DNA of 64,000 bases from Octopus sinensis (lineage: Eukaryota), in assembly GCF_006345805.1 (NCBI RefSeq), contig NC_043015.1, forward strand, positions 48,112,001-48,176,000, given 5' to 3'. A program made the translations under genes and the position numbers. Positions 61,092 to 64,000 of the stretch are shown here, in pieces; the stretch's first letter is position 1, and each line of letters begins with the position of its first letter. The notes beneath the pieces are model-generated. The model saw nothing but the letters and a program-made list of their open reading frames with translations, did not search any database and was not told the DNA's origin.

Positions 61092-61634
61092 CGCGCGTGT
61101 GTATGTATGTATGTATGTATGTGATTGTATGTATGTGATTCTGTGCTTGTATTTGTCCTCCACCCCCAATTTGCAACCAGTGAGGGTTTGTTTACACCCC
61201 CATAATTTAGCGATTCGGCAAAAGGAGACCGATAGACTAAGCGCCAGTCTTAATAAAACAGGCAAAAGGATGAAATGCAAAGTCGACCTCGGCAGAATTT
61301 GAACTCAGAACGTAAAGACGGGCGAAATGCTGCTAAGCATTCTCGCCTGGAGTGCTAACGCTTCTGCCAGATCGTCGCCTTTTCAAATTAAAACATTGCT
61401 TTCAAGTTTTGACACAAGGAGTAGGATAGGTCGATTAGGTTGTCGCCAGGGCTCAATTGGTACTTATTTTATCGACCCCGAAAGGATGATGGGCAAAGTC
61501 GATCTCGGTGGAATTTGAACTCAGAACGTAAAAACAGACGAAATGCTGCTGAGCATTTCGCCCAGCGTGATAACGATTCTTTTCTTCTCTAGACACAAAG
61601 CCCAAAATTTTGAGGGAGGGGGCAGTCGATTAGG

Positions 61635-62090
61635 TTGTAGCGGACTCTCTCTCTCTCTCTCTGCTAGATATACATGAATACGGACGTAGTAGATAACAGC
61701 TAACCTTCGGCCGCCCTTTTGGACCCTGTTGTGTCCACTACTCTGATTGGTTGGTATCGGCGCAGTTTGTCTCTTGCTCTATTGCGTGCCAATATGCAAC
61801 CCAACCAACCGTAGCCTTCTGATAAGGTCCCGTGACACAGTCTCTTCTAAACCTCAGTTTACGCCAATAGAATGGTATAAAATGCTAGCTTCAACACTGT
61901 CTTTCGTCTTTCGGTTCTAGACCTTCTAAGGTCTAATCACTGACCACAGAGCACACAGCCAGTTCCAGCGACAGCACAACACGCAGCCTCATGGAGAACG
62001 CATCAACACTCGGCCAACAGTGTACGGCAATCTCCTTCTTCGCCACCTCTCCTTCGCACAGTCGTTCTACAAGATCGACCGCAATACGCA
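61635..62090 (+). mobile_element. LTR-like repeat copy 1, truncated by a family B SINE
   Basis: Homologous to 63140-63480; begins TGTAGCGG; has CCAAT boxes and tataaaa. Confidence 0.5.
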
Positions 62091-62094
62091 ACTC

Positions 62095-62415
62095 GTGTAC
62101 AATTTATCGACCCCCGAAAGGATGAAAGGCAAAGTCAACCTCGGCGGAATTTGAACTCCGAACATAAAGACAGATGAAATACCTATTTCTTTACTACCCA
62201 CAAAGGGCTAAACACAGAGAGGACAAACAAGGACAGACAAACAAATTAAGTCGATTATATAAACCCCAGTGCGTAACTGGTACTTATTTAATCGATCCCC
62301 AAAGGATGAAAGGCAAAGTCGACCTCGGCGGAATTTGAACTCAGAACGTAGCGGCAGACAAAATACCGCTGAGCATTTCACCCGGCGTGCTAACGTTTCT
62401 GCCAGCTTGTCGCCT
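62095..62415 (-). mobile_element. tRNA-SINE family B dimer
   Basis: Junction gatgaaatacc|tatttctttact near 62180. Confidence 0.85.
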
Positions 62416-63120
62416 TGGCAGATGTTATTGCTGGCTTTGAAGGTAAATCACCGATGATGTGCCAGATAAATTAACACGATGCAAGTGTGGCTGTATGGTT
62501 AAGAAGCTCACTTTGCAATACACGTGCTCTCGGGTTCAATTCCACTGCGAAGCACCTTGGACAAGTGTCTTCAACCATAGTCCTGGGCTGACCATCGCCT
62601 TGTGAGTGGATCTTGTAAACGAAAACTGTGTGGAAGCTTGTTGTATATGTAAATATCCATGTCTCTTTGTGTTTGTGTGTGTCTTTGTATTCGTGTATGT
62701 CCCCGCACACACACACACAACTGCTTGACAACCGGTGCTGGTTTGTTTACGTCCTTGTAACATAACGGTTCTGCAAAAAGAGACAGAATAAACATCACTT
62801 TTAAAATAAAAAATACATTAGTACTAGGGGCGAATAGTTTGGATAAATTATTCAAGGTGATGCCCCAGTTTGGCCACCGTTCAATGACTGGAACAAACAA
62901 AAAAGATAAAACAGCAAAATAATATAATGCTTGTTTTGGATGGAAGTCAGCCAGTCTCTTTTCTGTCGTTTCCCATTAGTGTCCAGAAATTTCAAGACAT
63001 TTTCTGGGAAAGATTCAGTGTTTATGTTCGTTTGCAATTGTTTGTGAAGTGAGATATGGCCATTGATAATGCTTAAGGTGAAGGCCTACAAGACTTACCA
63101 TTCTTCTTGACAGAACAGAA

Positions 63121-63906
63121 TGTATCGCTACATCAACCTTAGCGGACTCTTAGTGAAATTTGCTCTCACTCTGTTATATATAACATAAATACGGACGTAG
63201 CAGATAACAGCTAACCTTCAGCCGGTTGGACCCTGTTGTGTCCACTACTCTGATTGGTTGGTATTGGCGCAATTTGTCTCTTGCTCTATTATACGCCAAT
63301 TTGCAACCCAACCAATCGCAACCTTCTGATAAGGTCCCATGATACAGTCTTCTAAATTCTCTGTTGGAGCCTCCTAGTCTCTATAAAAGCTAATCACAAC
63401 AAACCATATTTTGTCTTTGGTCTTAGACCTCATAAGGTCTCGCCGCTGACCACAAGCACTCAGCCAGTTCCAGCGACAGACACCACTAGCAGTATTCAGG
63501 ACCTCCACCACCGTCGCCGTCATCTTATCGACGCCAACAACATCTCTACGTACACAGCCACTTCGCTCTGGTTTAACCTCACGCTGTTTGTGAATACTTC
63601 ACCATGGTTAACAGCAAGGACTACCTGCGAGAACCTTCTGTACCAAGTAACCCGGCAACAGCATTGTAGCCACAACCTCTTACACGACACGTGCAGTAAC
63701 CGGCTCTGCCTTTTTCGCCTCAACTTCTTGTTACAGAACTTCAACTAATGTGTACCTGACTACGAACTGATATTTATCTTCGTTGTGTCTGAACTTCTAG
63801 CGTCCTATTGTAAACTCTTTCCATGCTCTATATTTTAACTCACGCGCATACATCCTTGTTTGTACACACATACACATTATATATGCATGACGGCCTGTCT
63901 ATTGCC

Positions 63907-63907
<1 letters not shown>
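63121..63907 (+). mobile_element. LTR-like repeat copy 2
   Basis: Shares tagcggactct, atacggacgtag(t/c)agataacagctaacc and cagccagttccagcgacag with copy 1; CCAAT boxes; ctataaaag at about 63381. Confidence 0.5.
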
Positions 63908-63970
<63 letters not shown>

Positions 63971-64000
63971 GTTATTATTATTATTATATTATTATTATTA
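63908..64000. repeat. (ATT)n microsatellite running to the window end
   Basis: Read directly. Confidence 0.95.

Noticed and set aside
61820-61845. CTGATAAG-gtc/ccgt/gac in the LTR-like repeats
   Set aside because: It is followed by ACAG rather than GAAA in both copies.

Overview
Eukaryotic, AT-rich, repeat-dense genomic DNA. The SINE families and (TA)n/(CA)n/(GAT)n tails suggest a coleoid cephalopod, most likely Octopus; this is inferred from recalled repeat families, not from a search. The only protein-coding gene I can support is a minus-strand NADP-dependent malic enzyme (ME1/ME3-like). Twelve GT-AG exons between 1593 and 22268 join in frame. Two phase-compatible candidate first exons lie upstream: 39620-39669 encodes a mitochondrial-presequence-like peptide (603-aa product) and 59573-59613 encodes a charged N-terminus (600 aa). 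A strong in-frame internal ATG at 22228 would give 573 aa. The introns hold at least five tRNA-SINE families, RTE LINE 3' fragments, two decayed Tc1 transposases, piggyBac-, hAT-, pogo- and Helitron-type non-autonomous elements, LTR-like pieces, a truncated tRNA-Gln copy, large micro/minisatellites and a ~1.04-kb tandem duplication. The most striking unexplained signal is six hammerhead-ribozyme motifs in three or four repeat families. They include a fully canonical type I hammerhead (17025-17071) inside a 356-bp direct-repeat, retrozyme-like unit, and a tRNA-headed SINE that carries a hammerhead. The five + strand copies lie antisense to the gene, and the single sense copy is the most mutated. 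All coordinates were read by eye. Repeat boundaries are approximate (about +/-10-20 bp) and nothing was computed or database-searched.
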